Source of the DNA: an uncultured delta proteobacterium
GTDB lineage: Bacteria; Myxococcota_A; Polyangia; Fen-1088
Assembly: GCA_963737265.1 (NCBI GenBank)
Contig: CAVTRY010000022.1
Location: 1-64,000 of the forward strand
Direction: 5' to 3'
DNA: 64,000 nt
Numbering within the stretch: position 1 is the first letter of the stretch; every line of letters starts with the position of its first letter. Made by a program: the position numbers and the translations under genes. The notes below the pieces were generated by a model. The model did no database searches and was not told where the DNA came from. It was given only the letters and a program-made list of their open reading frames with translations. Shown piece by piece: positions 10,284 through 20,645 of the stretch.

Positions 10284-11726
10284 TCACAGGAACGGCGAGA
10301 AGAGCCGCGCGGTCGCATCGCGCAGTTTTCCCAGGATCGGCCGCGCATCCACTTCGGCGAGCGTGACCTCGTGTGCGCCGAGCAGCTTCTTCGCGATGAC
10401 TGCCGCCAAGTTACGCGCCAGCTCCTTGGCGTAGCACTCCACGTTCAGCTCGAAATTCAGCCGCAGACCGCGCGCATCCCAGTTCGCCGAACCTAGCAGG
10501 ACCCAGTGACCGTCCACCACCATGAGCTTCGAGTGGTCAAACGGCGGCGGCGTGAGCCAGATGTGGCAGCCACGCTCGAGCAGTTGCCACCACATGGCCC
10601 GCGAGGCCCAGTGGATGAAGGGCAGATTGTTCTTGCTGGGCATTAGAATGTCCACCTGCACTCCACGCAGCGCCGCCAGGTTCAATGCGGTGACAAGCGC
10701 TGGGTCCGGCAAAAAGTAAGGTGTGAGGATTTGCACGGACGTCTGCGCCTCCGCCAGCGCCGCCAGAAAGGTCCAGCGCGCCTTCTCGAAATCGGCGTCT
10801 GGCCCGTCGGCGATGATTCGCGCGACGACGCTGCCATCCCCATCCACTTTTGGAAACCAGGTTTGACCGTCGAGGATCTCTCCGGTGGTGAACGCCCAAT
10901 CGTTGGCAAATGCGTCCTGCAATTGCGAAACCACGGGACCTTCGATGCGAAAGTGCAGATCTTGGACGGGGCTTGCGGGATGGTCGGCCAGTACGTTGCC
11001 GTGTCGGATGTTCATGCCGCCGGTGAACGCCGTTTGGCCGTCGACTACCAGGATCTTGCGGTGATTGCGCAGATTGATCGTTGCCACACGCCACGGCGTG
11101 AGCAGAGATGTCGGCAAGAACCTTGCAGACCGGACCCCGAGGCGGCTCAAGCGATAGGTAATGGGCGGCCACGAGTAGCGCGTTCCGGCGGCATCAATCA
11201 GGACCCTTACCGCCACCCCACGCTTGGCGGCGCGACCAAGCGCATCGGCAAATTTTCTTCCGCTGGCATCGTTGTCAAAGATGTAACTGACCAACGCAAC
11301 GGATTGTTGCGCGGACTCGATGGCGGCGAGCATGGCCGGAAAGGCTTGGTCGCCGTTGACGAGTGGCTGCACGCGGTTGCACGCGGTCAACGGTTCGGAG
11401 ACCACGCGACTGACGACACGGGCGAGCAGTTCGAGGTTCCCTGTACCCTCATGTTCGGGTCCATCGAGGTCTCGCAAAATCGGACGACTGGCGGCCCTGC
11501 GCACGCCGAGTTTCAGCGCGCGGCGGCGGATGCGGTTAATTCCGAGCACGAGGTACAGCAACGAGCCTGCCGCCGGCATCAACCAGATGAAGACAATCCA
11601 AAGCGTTGCGGCGCGGGTATCACGTTTGTGCAGCAGGGCGTGCGCCGAAGCCGGCAGTGAGGCCAACACGTGGAAGCCAACCGCCAAGTGCGGCCAGAAC
11701 TGGGAGATCTTGCCGACCCAATCCAT
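10284..11726 (-). CDS. cls: Cardiolipin synthase
   Basis: Two N-terminal TM helices and two HKD motifs (RNHRKILVVDG, HSKLMVVDG...GSANWD). Confidence 0.92.
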   Translation of the reverse strand: MDWVGKISQFWPHLAVGFHVLASLPASAHALLHKRDTRAATLWIVFIWLMPAAGSLLYLVLGINRIRRRALKLGVRRAASRPILRDLDGPEHEGTGNLELLARVVSRVVSEPLTACNRVQPLVNGDQAFPAMLAAIESAQQSVALVSYIFDNDASGRKFADALGRAAKRGVAVRVLIDAAGTRYSWPPITYRLSRLGVRSARFLPTSLLTPWRVATINLRNHRKILVVDGQTAFTGGMNIRHGNVLADHPASPVQDLHFRIEGPVVSQLQDAFANDWAFTTGEILDGQTWFPKVDGDGSVVARIIADGPDADFEKARWTFLAALAEAQTSVQILTPYFLPDPALVTALNLAALRGVQVDILMPSKNNLPFIHWASRAMWWQLLERGCHIWLTPPPFDHSKLMVVDGHWVLLGSANWDARGLRLNFELNVECYAKELARNLAAVIAKKLLGAHEVTLAEVDARPILGKLRDATARLFSPFL

Positions 11727-12028
11727 CGCTCGAACCCTTAGGATCCGCGACCTATGATTTCTTTCAGGAGTTTCGAGACCGTAACGACAACAGGTCCTGG
11801 TCGGGACGGTCGCTTCTTTTCAGACTGACGCCACCCGTGGACCCGCGCTTCCATCAAGCCTCTCAGGGATCCCAGCGATTCATCGGATGTCATCACATCG
11901 CACTCCCGCCGGTAGCTCGGCCGTTCACTTGATTCGTCGCACTCACCTCGCTGAGTCTACCAGGCTCGAAGGCCCATGAGCCAAAAGGCCCGGTAGCCAA
12001 ACCCTGGCCCGGCGCGAAGCGGTCATCT

Positions 12029-12189
12029 CTCAAGACGTGTCCATAAATGGACCCGTCTTGAAGATTTTTGAAGGGAGGGCCGCTGCCCTCCCCTCGTCCG
12101 CGAAGTAAATTCGCGGACTTCACCCCACCTGCGGCCGAGCCCTTGGCTCGGCTGCTGAAGAACTGTCCAATTTTTGGACAGTTCTTCAG
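12029..12189 (+). repeat. 161-bp multi-hairpin element, copy 2
   Basis: Direct repeat of 7007..7167. Confidence 0.9.
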
Positions 12190-12343
12190 TACAGCGCCCC
12201 GCAAGTTCGTGCGCATCTGGGCGCGGAGGCGCCCGCAGGGCAAGGCGCGACGGGGGCGCATGGTGAACCATGTAGCCGAGGAGCAACGCGGGCCGGCGGG
12301 ATGGATCCGCGACCAGATGGGCGCGAAATTGTCGGAAGCTGTA
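12190..12343 (-). mobile_element. ~150-bp MITE-like element abutting the 161-bp repeat
   Basis: Inverted ends AGTACAGC...GCTGTACT with TA on both sides. The core (rc) CGTTGCTCCTCGGCTACAT...ATGCGCCCCCGTCGCGCCT resembles the core of 29784..29938. Confidence 0.65.
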
Positions 12344-12400
12344 CTCAGTCGTACCTGACGTAGCTCACGCTTCCGAATTCGAGCGTGCTAGAAAACAGCC

Positions 12401-15028
12401 ATGCCTGATCCTGGATTGGACCCGACCCCTTCCATGTCCGACAGCGAGGCGTTCGAAGCACTGAATCAACTCGCTGGGCGGCGCACGCTTCCTATTCCCG
12501 CTGAGATGCTGGTGGGGCACACCCTGGCGCTGCCGGGCCCGTGGGACTGGCCCGTGCGCCGGGCGGCGTTCGAGGCTCTGCTGCGCCGGCTGGCCTCGGC
12601 GCGAAGTCAAGAGCTAGCGGTGGTCGAGAGTCCGCGGAGCGGGCCTTTTGGGCGATACACCTTGGCGAGTCCGCAGGCCGCGGGAGCCCTGTCCTACGAC
12701 GTTCGCTTGCTCGCGCTTGATCCCATCGAAGCCCGCTGCAACTGCGCGGACTTCCTGCGCAGCTCGCTTGGGGTGTGCAAGCACGTGTTGGCGGTCGTGG
12801 ATCACCTGGCACGCCGGCCCCGCGACTGGAAGAAGTCGATGGCGGCTGGGCGAGTTGCGCCGCCGGATCTGGCATGGGACGCCACGCGGGTTCCGGCCGG
12901 TCCCTTCGATCCGCTCTCGGCGCTCGTGCTCGCGTCGCCTGCCAACGGACTTTCGAGCCTTTTCCGCGCGGGCGCGGGGCAAACAGGCCGCTTGCAACTC
13001 GCCCATCTGCACGCCAACGATCCGAAGGCGCGGCTGCGTCTTTTGGACAAGCTGCAGAATTACGCCAAGGGCGCGAACGCCGATCCGGCTGCTCGCGCGG
13101 TGCTCTGCGACGAGCGAACGCGATTGGAACGCATCACTCGTTTGCGCGCCGCCATGCCGCGCCTCTTGCGTGCGAGCAACAAGAGCAAGCGGCGCCTGTA
13201 CTCTTACCAGCATGAAGGAGTGGCGCGCTTCTTGGCCGAAGGCCGACTTGTTCTGGCCGACGACATGGGCTTGGGGAAGACCACCCAGGCCATCGTGGCG
13301 TCGTCGGCCCTACTGGAAACCGGACTGGCAAAGCGCGGTCTTCTCATCGTTCCCGCATCGCTGAAGCCGCAGTGGGAGCGCGAGTGGCAAGCCGTCAGTC
13401 GCTCTCCTCTGCGCGTGATGGACGGCAACGCGGAGGCGCGCCGCGCTCTCTACGCTTCTACCCGCCGGGGATTCCTGGTGACCAACTACGAACAGATGGT
13501 GCGCGACTTCGACGCCATCGCGGCTTGGGATCCGGATCTAGTGATTTTGGACGAAGCCCAGCGGATCAAGAACTGGTCCACGCGCACCGCACTGACCGTC
13601 AAGCGCCTGCGGCCCACTTACCGACTGGTGTTGACCGGGACCCCGATGGAGAACCGGTTGGACGAGCTGGCGTCCATCGTCGAGTGGGTCGACGATCGGG
13701 CGCTGGAGCCTAAGTGGCGCCTGCTTCCGTGGCACAGCACCTTTGCGGATGGTAAGCGCGACGTGGTGGGAGCGCGCAACCTGGATACGCTGCGGGCGCG
13801 TCTCGCGCCCGTGCTGCTGCGTCGGGTGCGTGCGGAAGTGTTGACCCAGCTTCCGAAAAGGCAGGACACGCTCATTCCCGTGGATTTGACCCGCGAGCAG
13901 CGCGAGGCTCACGACGAGCTCAACCAGCCCATCGCCAAGCTGGCCGCCATCGCCGGGCGCCGGGCGCTGAGCCCCGCCGAGTTCCTGCGCCTGATGAGCC
14001 TGCTGGCCACGCAAAGGGTCATCAGCAACGGGATGGCTCAGCTCAATTTCCAAGCCATCTGGCCCGACATCCGCGCGCACGCGCCCACGCCCAAGCTCAT
14101 CGAGTCGCTGGCCGCGCCCAAGCTTATCGAGTTGCGCGAGCTGATTGCTAGCCTCACCATCACGCAGAAGCGCAAGGTCGTCGTATTCAGCCAGTGGCGG
14201 CGCATGCTGGAGCTCGCCGCTTGGTCGGTGTCCGATGTGCTGGCGGCCGAGGGACTGCGTACGCTGTTCTTCACCGGCCAGGAAGGCATCCGCCGGCGCA
14301 CGCAAAATCTGGTCGATTTTCACGACGATCCCAAGGCTGCCGTGTTGTTCCTCAGCGACGCGGGTGGCGTAGGCCTGAATCTGCAGAAGGCCGCCAATGC
14401 CTGCATCAACCTGGAGCTGCCGTGGAATCCTGCCGTGCTCGAACAGCGGATCGGCCGCATTCACCGCCTGGGTCAGAAGCGCCCCATTGATGTGTACAAC
14501 CTGGTCAGCCGAGCCTGCATCGAGGAACGCATCGCCGGAATTGTTTCAGACAAGCGCGCGCTGTTTCGAGGTCTTTTCGAGGGATCGAGCGACGAGATCA
14601 AGTTCGAGCGCTCGTCTTCGCTGTTGCACGTGCTCGAACGTTTGGTCGTCCCTTCGGCCGCAAGCACAGCGCCCGTCGAAGAGCCCGAGAGCTCGCTGGA
14701 CGCGCCGGCCAACGAGGCCACGACCAGCGACGTGGAACGAATGGTCGCCAGCGCGGAGCCGCCCAGGCAAGACGCATCCGGGCCGAGCGCGGAATCCGTC
14801 TTCCTGCCGCCGCTGCTGGCCAATCCGTCGCCACCCTTGCCGGTGGAACGCCTCTTCGATGCTCTTCGCGTGGAGCGTGGGGCCGACGGCAGCCTGCGTA
14901 TCGAAGCCCCGCCCGCGGCCGCCAGCGCGCTCGCGTCCCTGTTCGAAGGCATGGCGCGTCTGCTCTCTGCGGTCGGATCCGCTCCGGCGAGCGGCGCGGA
15001 AGGATCGCGGCCAGCGTTGCCGAGCTAG
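12401..15028 (+). CDS. SWIM zinc finger + SNF2-family helicase/ATPase
   Basis: CNCADF...GVCKH (SWIM); LADDMGLGKT, LDEAQRIKN, LTGTPMEN, GGVGLNLQ, QRIGRIHRLGQ. Confidence 0.93.
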   Translation: MPDPGLDPTPSMSDSEAFEALNQLAGRRTLPIPAEMLVGHTLALPGPWDWPVRRAAFEALLRRLASARSQELAVVESPRSGPFGRYTLASPQAAGALSYDVRLLALDPIEARCNCADFLRSSLGVCKHVLAVVDHLARRPRDWKKSMAAGRVAPPDLAWDATRVPAGPFDPLSALVLASPANGLSSLFRAGAGQTGRLQLAHLHANDPKARLRLLDKLQNYAKGANADPAARAVLCDERTRLERITRLRAAMPRLLRASNKSKRRLYSYQHEGVARFLAEGRLVLADDMGLGKTTQAIVASSALLETGLAKRGLLIVPASLKPQWEREWQAVSRSPLRVMDGNAEARRALYASTRRGFLVTNYEQMVRDFDAIAAWDPDLVILDEAQRIKNWSTRTALTVKRLRPTYRLVLTGTPMENRLDELASIVEWVDDRALEPKWRLLPWHSTFADGKRDVVGARNLDTLRARLAPVLLRRVRAEVLTQLPKRQDTLIPVDLTREQREAHDELNQPIAKLAAIAGRRALSPAEFLRLMSLLATQRVISNGMAQLNFQAIWPDIRAHAPTPKLIESLAAPKLIELRELIASLTITQKRKVVVFSQWRRMLELAAWSVSDVLAAEGLRTLFFTGQEGIRRRTQNLVDFHDDPKAAVLFLSDAGGVGLNLQKAANACINLELPWNPAVLEQRIGRIHRLGQKRPIDVYNLVSRACIEERIAGIVSDKRALFRGLFEGSSDEIKFERSSSLLHVLERLVVPSAASTAPVEEPESSLDAPANEATTSDVERMVASAEPPRQDASGPSAESVFLPPLLANPSPPLPVERLFDALRVERGADGSLRIEAPPAAASALASLFEGMARLLSAVGSAPASGAEGSRPALPS

Positions 15029-15273
15029 CCTCACCGTAATCCCGCGACAAAAGCGCAGCGACGTCGCGGAAGGCGGCAGAAAGAGGCGCCTTTCCAGGAT
15101 GGACGCGACACCCATCTGGAGCGATGAAGGGTGGTCGTAAACGTCGTCGTGGTCGTGGCCCTAGCCGTGGCCGACGAGCCACGGGCACAGCCACGACCTT
15201 CTGCGCCTATCGCGGGATTACGGCTTCACGGACGGTCTTGAACCCGCGTGCGGGACGGGCGATCCTACGCAGT

Positions 15274-16468
15274 ATGCAGATTCCTATCGTGCGACCCATG
15301 TTGGGCGAAGCCGAGGTCGAGGCGGTCGTGGGCGTGATTCGCTCGGGCTGGGTCGCGCAAGGTCCCGAAGTCGCGGCGTTCGAACGCGAGCTGGCCGATG
15401 CAGTCGGCGCGCCACATGCCGTGGCGGTGTCGAGTTGCACCGCCGCTCTCGAACTGTGTCTGCGCGCGCTCGGCGTGGGGTTCGGCGACGACGTGGTGAC
15501 GGTGAGCCACAGTTTCATCGCCACCGCGAACGCGGTGGTGGCGGTGGGCGCGCGGCCGGTTTTCGTGGACATCGATCCTGCCACGTACGGCATGGATGCC
15601 ACTCTGCTGGAAGCTGCGCTGACCCCGAAAGCGCGGGCCATCCTGTGCGTGCGCCAGCTCGGTTTTCCCTGTGACCTGCCGGCCATCCTGGAAATCGCGG
15701 GCCGGCACGGTCTTCCTGTCATCGAGGACGCGGCCTGCGCCATCGGCAGCGAGATCCAGGTCGCGGAGAAGTGGCAGCGCATCGGCCGGCCGCACGGACT
15801 AGCGGCGTGCTTTTCCTTCCATCCGCGCAAGATCATCACGACCGGCGACGGCGGCATGGTTACCACAGCGGACGAAGCACTGGCCACGCGCTTGCGCCTT
15901 CTTCGCCAACACGCCATGTCCGTCGCCAGCACTATCCGGCACGACGGCCAGCGCGTGGTGTTCGAAATCGTTCGCAGAGCCCGCGTTCAACCATCGCATG
16001 ACCGATGTGCAAGCGGCGATGGCGCGTCCACAGCTCGCCCGGTTGGACGAGATCGTCGCCACACGCCGCGCGCTCGCGCAACGGTATCGAGAGGAACTAG
16101 AGGGCCATCCGGCGCTGCAACCCACGCAGGAGCCGTCTTGGATGCGTGCGAACTTTCAGAGCTATCCCTTGCGCATTCGCCCGGGCACACGCCTGACCCA
16201 AGTGGAGATCATGCAGCACCTGCTCAACTGCGGCGTGGCGTCGCGGCGGGGCGTCGGCAACGCCCACGCCGAGCCGGCCTATCGCGATCTTGGCTGGGCC
16301 TGTGGTCCAGGCGCCTGCGATGCGCAGGCTCATCGCGAAGGTCGCTGCCCACGCCTCGGCCGCTCGGAAGCAATTCGCGACAGCACCATTCTCATTCCGC
16401 TTTTCCACGGCATGACCCATGCGGAGCAGGATCAGGTTCTGTCCGCCGTGCGATCGCTGCCGGTGTAG
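15274..16468 (+). CDS. DegT/DnrJ/EryC1/StrS PLP-dependent aminotransferase, single frameshift near 15967
   Basis: IEDAACAIG and FSFHPRKIITTGDGG. The frame continues in the 15998..16468 frame as FAEPAFNHRMTD. Confidence 0.85.
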
Positions 16469-16531
16469 CCGATTGGATCGCGGCACGGCTGGCCACCTGC
16501 GGTTGGACGTGGCAAGAACGTCTGACCGACG

Positions 16532-17656
16532 ATGACGTTATCTCTCGACCGCCCGGAAATCCTGCGCTGGCTGACCGAGACAAACCCCGACGCCCTCGAG
16601 GAGCTATGGCGCGAGGCCGATCGCGTGCGCCGCGAGCACGTTGGCGACGAGGTTCATCTGCGCGGCCTCATCGAGATCTCCAACCACTGCCTGCGCCAGT
16701 GTCACTACTGCGGTTTGCGCGCCGGCAATCTCGACATCACCCGCTACCGCATGACCGCCGACGAAATCGTCGACTGCGCGAAACAGACCAGGGCCTTCGG
16801 CTACGGAACGGTCGTCGTCCAAGCCGGCGAGGACGAGGGTCTGACGCTCGAAGGCGTCGGCCAAACCGTGAGGCGCATCAAGGCCGAAGCCGGCGTGGCC
16901 GTCACGCTCAGCCTGGGCGAGCGCACCGTCGACGAGCTGCGCGCCTGGCGAAAGGCAGGCGCCGATCGCTACCTTTTGCGCTTCGAGACTTCCAACAGCG
17001 AGCTCTTCCACCGCATGCATCCGCCGCGCGGCGGGCGGCGGCTATCGCGCGTTGAGCTCTTGCGCCAGCTCCAACCGCTCGGCTACGAAGTCGGCAGTGG
17101 TGTGATGATCGGCATTCCCGGCCAAAGCTACGCCGATCTCGCCAACGACCTTGAGCTCTTCCGCGAGCTCGATCTCGACATGATAGGCGTTGGCCCGTTC
17201 ATCGCCCATCCCGCCACGCCGCTCGGAAAGATAGTGGCCGACGGGGCAACCAGCCAAGCTCCCGCCACCGAGCTCATGACCTATAAGATGGTCGCGCTCG
17301 CACGCCTCATGTGCCCGGACGCCAATATTCCCAGCACCACCGCCCTGGCCACGCTGAACATCGACGAAGGCCGCGAGCTCGGACTGCAACGAGGCGCGAA
17401 CGTCGTGATGCCCAACATGACGCCGCCCGAATACCGCGTGCACTACGAGATCTATCCAGCCAAGGCCTGCATCCGGGAAACCGCCGACCTGTGCAATCGC
17501 TGTATCACCGGCCGAATCAAGAAGATCGGACGCGACATTGGCCAAGGCCCAGGCGCCTCGCCCAACCAACGTCGACGCAACCGCGGCAAAGCGGCCACCG
17601 TCGAGAAGCTCGGTCCATTGCCGCCGTCGCGTCGCCTGAGCCGCTCGTGGCGCTAG
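16532..17656 (+). CDS. hydE: [FeFe]-hydrogenase maturation radical SAM protein HydE
   Basis: RGLIEISNHCLRQCHYCGLR, YLLRFETS, GANVVMPNMTP, YEIYPAK and C-x7-C-x2-C. Confidence 0.88.
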   Translation: MTLSLDRPEILRWLTETNPDALEELWREADRVRREHVGDEVHLRGLIEISNHCLRQCHYCGLRAGNLDITRYRMTADEIVDCAKQTRAFGYGTVVVQAGEDEGLTLEGVGQTVRRIKAEAGVAVTLSLGERTVDELRAWRKAGADRYLLRFETSNSELFHRMHPPRGGRRLSRVELLRQLQPLGYEVGSGVMIGIPGQSYADLANDLELFRELDLDMIGVGPFIAHPATPLGKIVADGATSQAPATELMTYKMVALARLMCPDANIPSTTALATLNIDEGRELGLQRGANVVMPNMTPPEYRVHYEIYPAKACIRETADLCNRCITGRIKKIGRDIGQGPGASPNQRRRNRGKAATVEKLGPLPPSRRLSRSWR

Positions 17657-17734
17657 CCGCTCCTTGCATCGGGCCCGAATCCACTCCGAACGGCTCGGTC
17701 CGAATTTCACCACGGCCTGCTCGATTCAACCTGT

Positions 17735-18991
17735 TCACGTCTCCGCACCGGCGACGATCATGCCGGCGCCAACGGTGCCGTTGGTCGCCTCGTCCACCAG
17801 CACGAAGGCACCCATCGCACGATCGTCCAAGTAACGGTCGAACACCAGCGGCCGCGCGGTCTTGATGCGAACCATGCCGATGTCGTTTAGCCCGAGCTTG
17901 GAAAAACCGGGCTCATCGGCAAAGGTGTGAATGTTCACCACCGATTCGACGGCGGTCACCATGCCTTTCACGGTCGCCGTCGTGTGGCGCACCAGCAGTC
18001 GCGCGCCGATGGCGAGCGGGCGCTCGTCCATCCAGCACAGGCGTGCTTGAATCTCGCGCGCGACCAGGGGCGGACTTGCGGCACTGGCGATGATGTCGCC
18101 GCGACCCACGTCCACATCGTCGGCCAAGCGCAACGTCACGGACATGGGCGCGTGGGCCAGATCCACTGGATCGCCGTAGCGATCGATGCCAGCGACGGTG
18201 CCGGTCGAGCCCGACGGCAGCACGACCACCGCATCGCCAGGCTTGAACACGCCCGACACGACCTCGCCAGCGTAACCACGATAATCCTGGGTCTTGCTGT
18301 CGTCGCGAAAGATGACGAGTTGAACCGCCAGACGCGCGGGCACGGCTTCGGGCCGGCGATCGGCGTCGGTTTCTTCCAGCAAGCGCAAGAGCGGCGGGCC
18401 CTCGTACCAAGGCGTACGCTGCGATCTTTCCACCACGTTGTCGCCCGCCAAGGCGCTGATGGGAATAGCGGTCACGCTGGCAAAACCAGATTCTCCAGTA
18501 AGCGCGGTGAACTCCGCGCGAATGCGGTCGTACACGGCTTGGTCAAATCCGACTGCGTCCATCTTGTTTACCGCCAACACCAGATGGGGAATGCGCAGAA
18601 GTGCCGCCAGGTAGGCATGTCGCCGCGTCTGCTCGGCGATGCCTTGCGCCGCGTCCACCAGCAAGATCGCCAGATCCGCTGTCGACGCACCGGTGACCAT
18701 GTTGCGCGTGTACTGCACGTGGCCCGGGGTGTCCGCGATGATGAACTTCCGCCGCGGCGTCGTGAAATACTTGTACGCCACGTCGATAGTGATGCCCTGC
18801 TCGCGCTCGGCGCGCAGCCCGTCGGTAAGCAGGGCCAGGTTGAGCTGGCCGTTGGTGCCGCGCGCCCGCGATCGCTCAAGCGCCGCTACTTGGTCCTGCA
18901 GAAGCGACTTGCTGTCGTAAAGCAGGCGACCGATGAGCGTGCTCTTGCCGTCGTCGACGCTGCCGGCGGTGATGAATCTCAACATTTCCAC
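17735..18991 (-). CDS. cysN: Sulfate adenylyltransferase subunit 1
   Basis: LRFITAGSVDDGKSTLIGRLL, EREQGITIDVAY, DTPGH, NKMD. The GTG start overlaps the cysD stop. No APS-kinase domain. Confidence 0.95.
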   Translation of the reverse strand: MEMLRFITAGSVDDGKSTLIGRLLYDSKSLLQDQVAALERSRARGTNGQLNLALLTDGLRAEREQGITIDVAYKYFTTPRRKFIIADTPGHVQYTRNMVTGASTADLAILLVDAAQGIAEQTRRHAYLAALLRIPHLVLAVNKMDAVGFDQAVYDRIRAEFTALTGESGFASVTAIPISALAGDNVVERSQRTPWYEGPPLLRLLEETDADRRPEAVPARLAVQLVIFRDDSKTQDYRGYAGEVVSGVFKPGDAVVVLPSGSTGTVAGIDRYGDPVDLAHAPMSVTLRLADDVDVGRGDIIASAASPPLVAREIQARLCWMDERPLAIGARLLVRHTTATVKGMVTAVESVVNIHTFADEPGFSKLGLNDIGMVRIKTARPLVFDRYLDDRAMGAFVLVDEATNGTVGAGMIVAGAET

Positions 18992-19896
18992 TAGAAGTAC
19001 CCTTCGCGCTTGCGGTCTTCCATGGCCGCCTCCGAGCGCTGATCGTCGAGGCGCGAACCGCGTTCGGTCATGGTGGAGGCGCGTATTTCGTCCAAAATGC
19101 CGTCGACGCTGCGCACGTCCGACTCGAACGCCGCCGTGCACGTCATGTCGCCGACGGTGCGAAAGCGCACTTGCGTGTCGAGAATCTTGTCGCCGGGATC
19201 GAGGCGAATGAAGGGCGAAACCGGAAACAGGATTCCGTCGCGCACGATGCACTGCCGCGGGTGGGTGAAGTAGATGGACGGCAGGGGAATATTTTCCTCG
19301 CGGATGTACTGCCAAACATCGAGCTCGGTCCAATTGCTGAGCGGGAAGACGCGCACATTTTCGCCCGGCGAGATGCGGCCGTTGAGAATGTTCCACAGCT
19401 CGGGCCGCTGGCGCCGCGGCTCCCACTGGCCGAACTCGTCGCGCACGGAGAAGATGCGCTCCTTGGCGCGCGCCTTCTCCTCGTCGCGCCGACCACCCCC
19501 GATGCAGGCGTCGAGGCGCAGCTCTGCGATGGCGTCGACCAGGGTAACCGCCTGCTGGCGGTTGCGACTCGGGAACTTGCCCTTCTCGTCGACGGCGCGG
19601 CCAGACTTGATGGAATCCTCGACGGTGCGGACGAGCAACGTCACGCCAAGGCCGGCGACGAATTCGTCGCGAAACGCCAGCGTCTCGGGAAAATTGTGCC
19701 CGGTATCGATGTGCAGAAAAGGAAAGGGGATGCGGCCGGGCCGAAATGCCTTACGCGCCAGGTGGGCCAGGGTGATGGAATCCTTGCCGCCGGAGAAGAG
19801 CAGCACCGGGCGTTCGAACTGCGCCGCGGTTTCACGCAGGATATACACCGCCTCGGATTCAAGACGTTCGAGGTGGCTGAGGACGTGAGAACTCAT
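18991..19896 (-). CDS. cysD: Sulfate adenylyltransferase subunit 2
   Basis: LFSGGKDS, RRDEEKARAKER, MEDRKREGYF. Confidence 0.96.
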   Translation of the reverse strand: MSSHVLSHLERLESEAVYILRETAAQFERPVLLFSGGKDSITLAHLARKAFRPGRIPFPFLHIDTGHNFPETLAFRDEFVAGLGVTLLVRTVEDSIKSGRAVDEKGKFPSRNRQQAVTLVDAIAELRLDACIGGGRRDEEKARAKERIFSVRDEFGQWEPRRQRPELWNILNGRISPGENVRVFPLSNWTELDVWQYIREENIPLPSIYFTHPRQCIVRDGILFPVSPFIRLDPGDKILDTQVRFRTVGDMTCTAAFESDVRSVDGILDEIRASTMTERGSRLDDQRSEAAMEDRKREGYF

Positions 19897-20630
19897 GAAT
19901 CGGATCCTTTGCGAACGAGCCGCATATTGTTAAGATGCAGCCCGCATTCTTTCTTTTCACTGTTTTCCCACCACCATCGCCCCGCCCTTGCCGGTTCACC
20001 CGGCTCGACGGCGCGCGTGCACGGGGCGCAACCGATGCTCAAAAAGCCACGCGCGTGTAGCGGGCTGATGGGAACCGCGTGCTGTCGGGCGTAGTCACGC
20101 GCCTCGTCCCACGTCATGGCCAACAGAGGATGGAACTTGTGCATGCTATGCTCGGCATCCCATTCCACGATCCGCAAGTCCTGCCGGTCGGGCGAGTGCT
20201 CGCGCCGGATGCCGGTGATCCATAGGTCCGCGCCCTTGAGGACCCGACCGAGCGGCTCGACCTTGCGCACATGACAGCAGGCGAGGCGCTGCTCGACGCC
20301 ATCGTAGAACCCGTTGGGCCCCTGCTTGGCCACCAGGGCCTGCACGGCCTCGGCGTTCGGGAAATAGGACTCGATCGGGATCCCATAGAGGCTGAGGGAA
20401 CGCGCATGAAGTTGGTAGGTCTCCTCGAACAGACGTCCGGTATCGAGCGTCGCTACGCGCACAGGTAGGCGCGCCGACGCGATGGCGTGAAGGATGATCT
20501 GATCTTCCAGGCTGAAGCTGGTGGTGAAGACGGGGCTGGCGAATTCGGCGCACAGGGCTCTCAACGACTCGGGAAATGGAGAATTGGCGACGAGATCGAT
20601 CAGGCGCGGTGTATCGGCTTGGCTAGGCAT
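19893..20630 (-). CDS. cysH: APS/PAPS reductase (Fe-S APS-reductase type)
   Basis: LDTGRL, CCHVRKVEPL, SIGCAPCT, RAGRWWWE, KECGLH. Confidence 0.93.
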   Translation of the reverse strand: MPSQADTPRLIDLVANSPFPESLRALCAEFASPVFTTSFSLEDQIILHAIASARLPVRVATLDTGRLFEETYQLHARSLSLYGIPIESYFPNAEAVQALVAKQGPNGFYDGVEQRLACCHVRKVEPLGRVLKGADLWITGIRREHSPDRQDLRIVEWDAEHSMHKFHPLLAMTWDEARDYARQHAVPISPLHARGFLSIGCAPCTRAVEPGEPARAGRWWWENSEKKECGLHLNNMRLVRKGSDS

Positions 20631-20645
20631 GACTTCCTGCTGAAT

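Noticed and set aside
15130-15200. GTCGTG/CACGAC-rich stretch before the aminotransferase
   Set aside because: Short, degenerate and single-copy here, so no feature could be supported.
15124-17055. 643-aa aminotransferase fusion ORF
   Set aside because: Produced by the frameshift near 15967; the C-terminal part is an off-frame reading.
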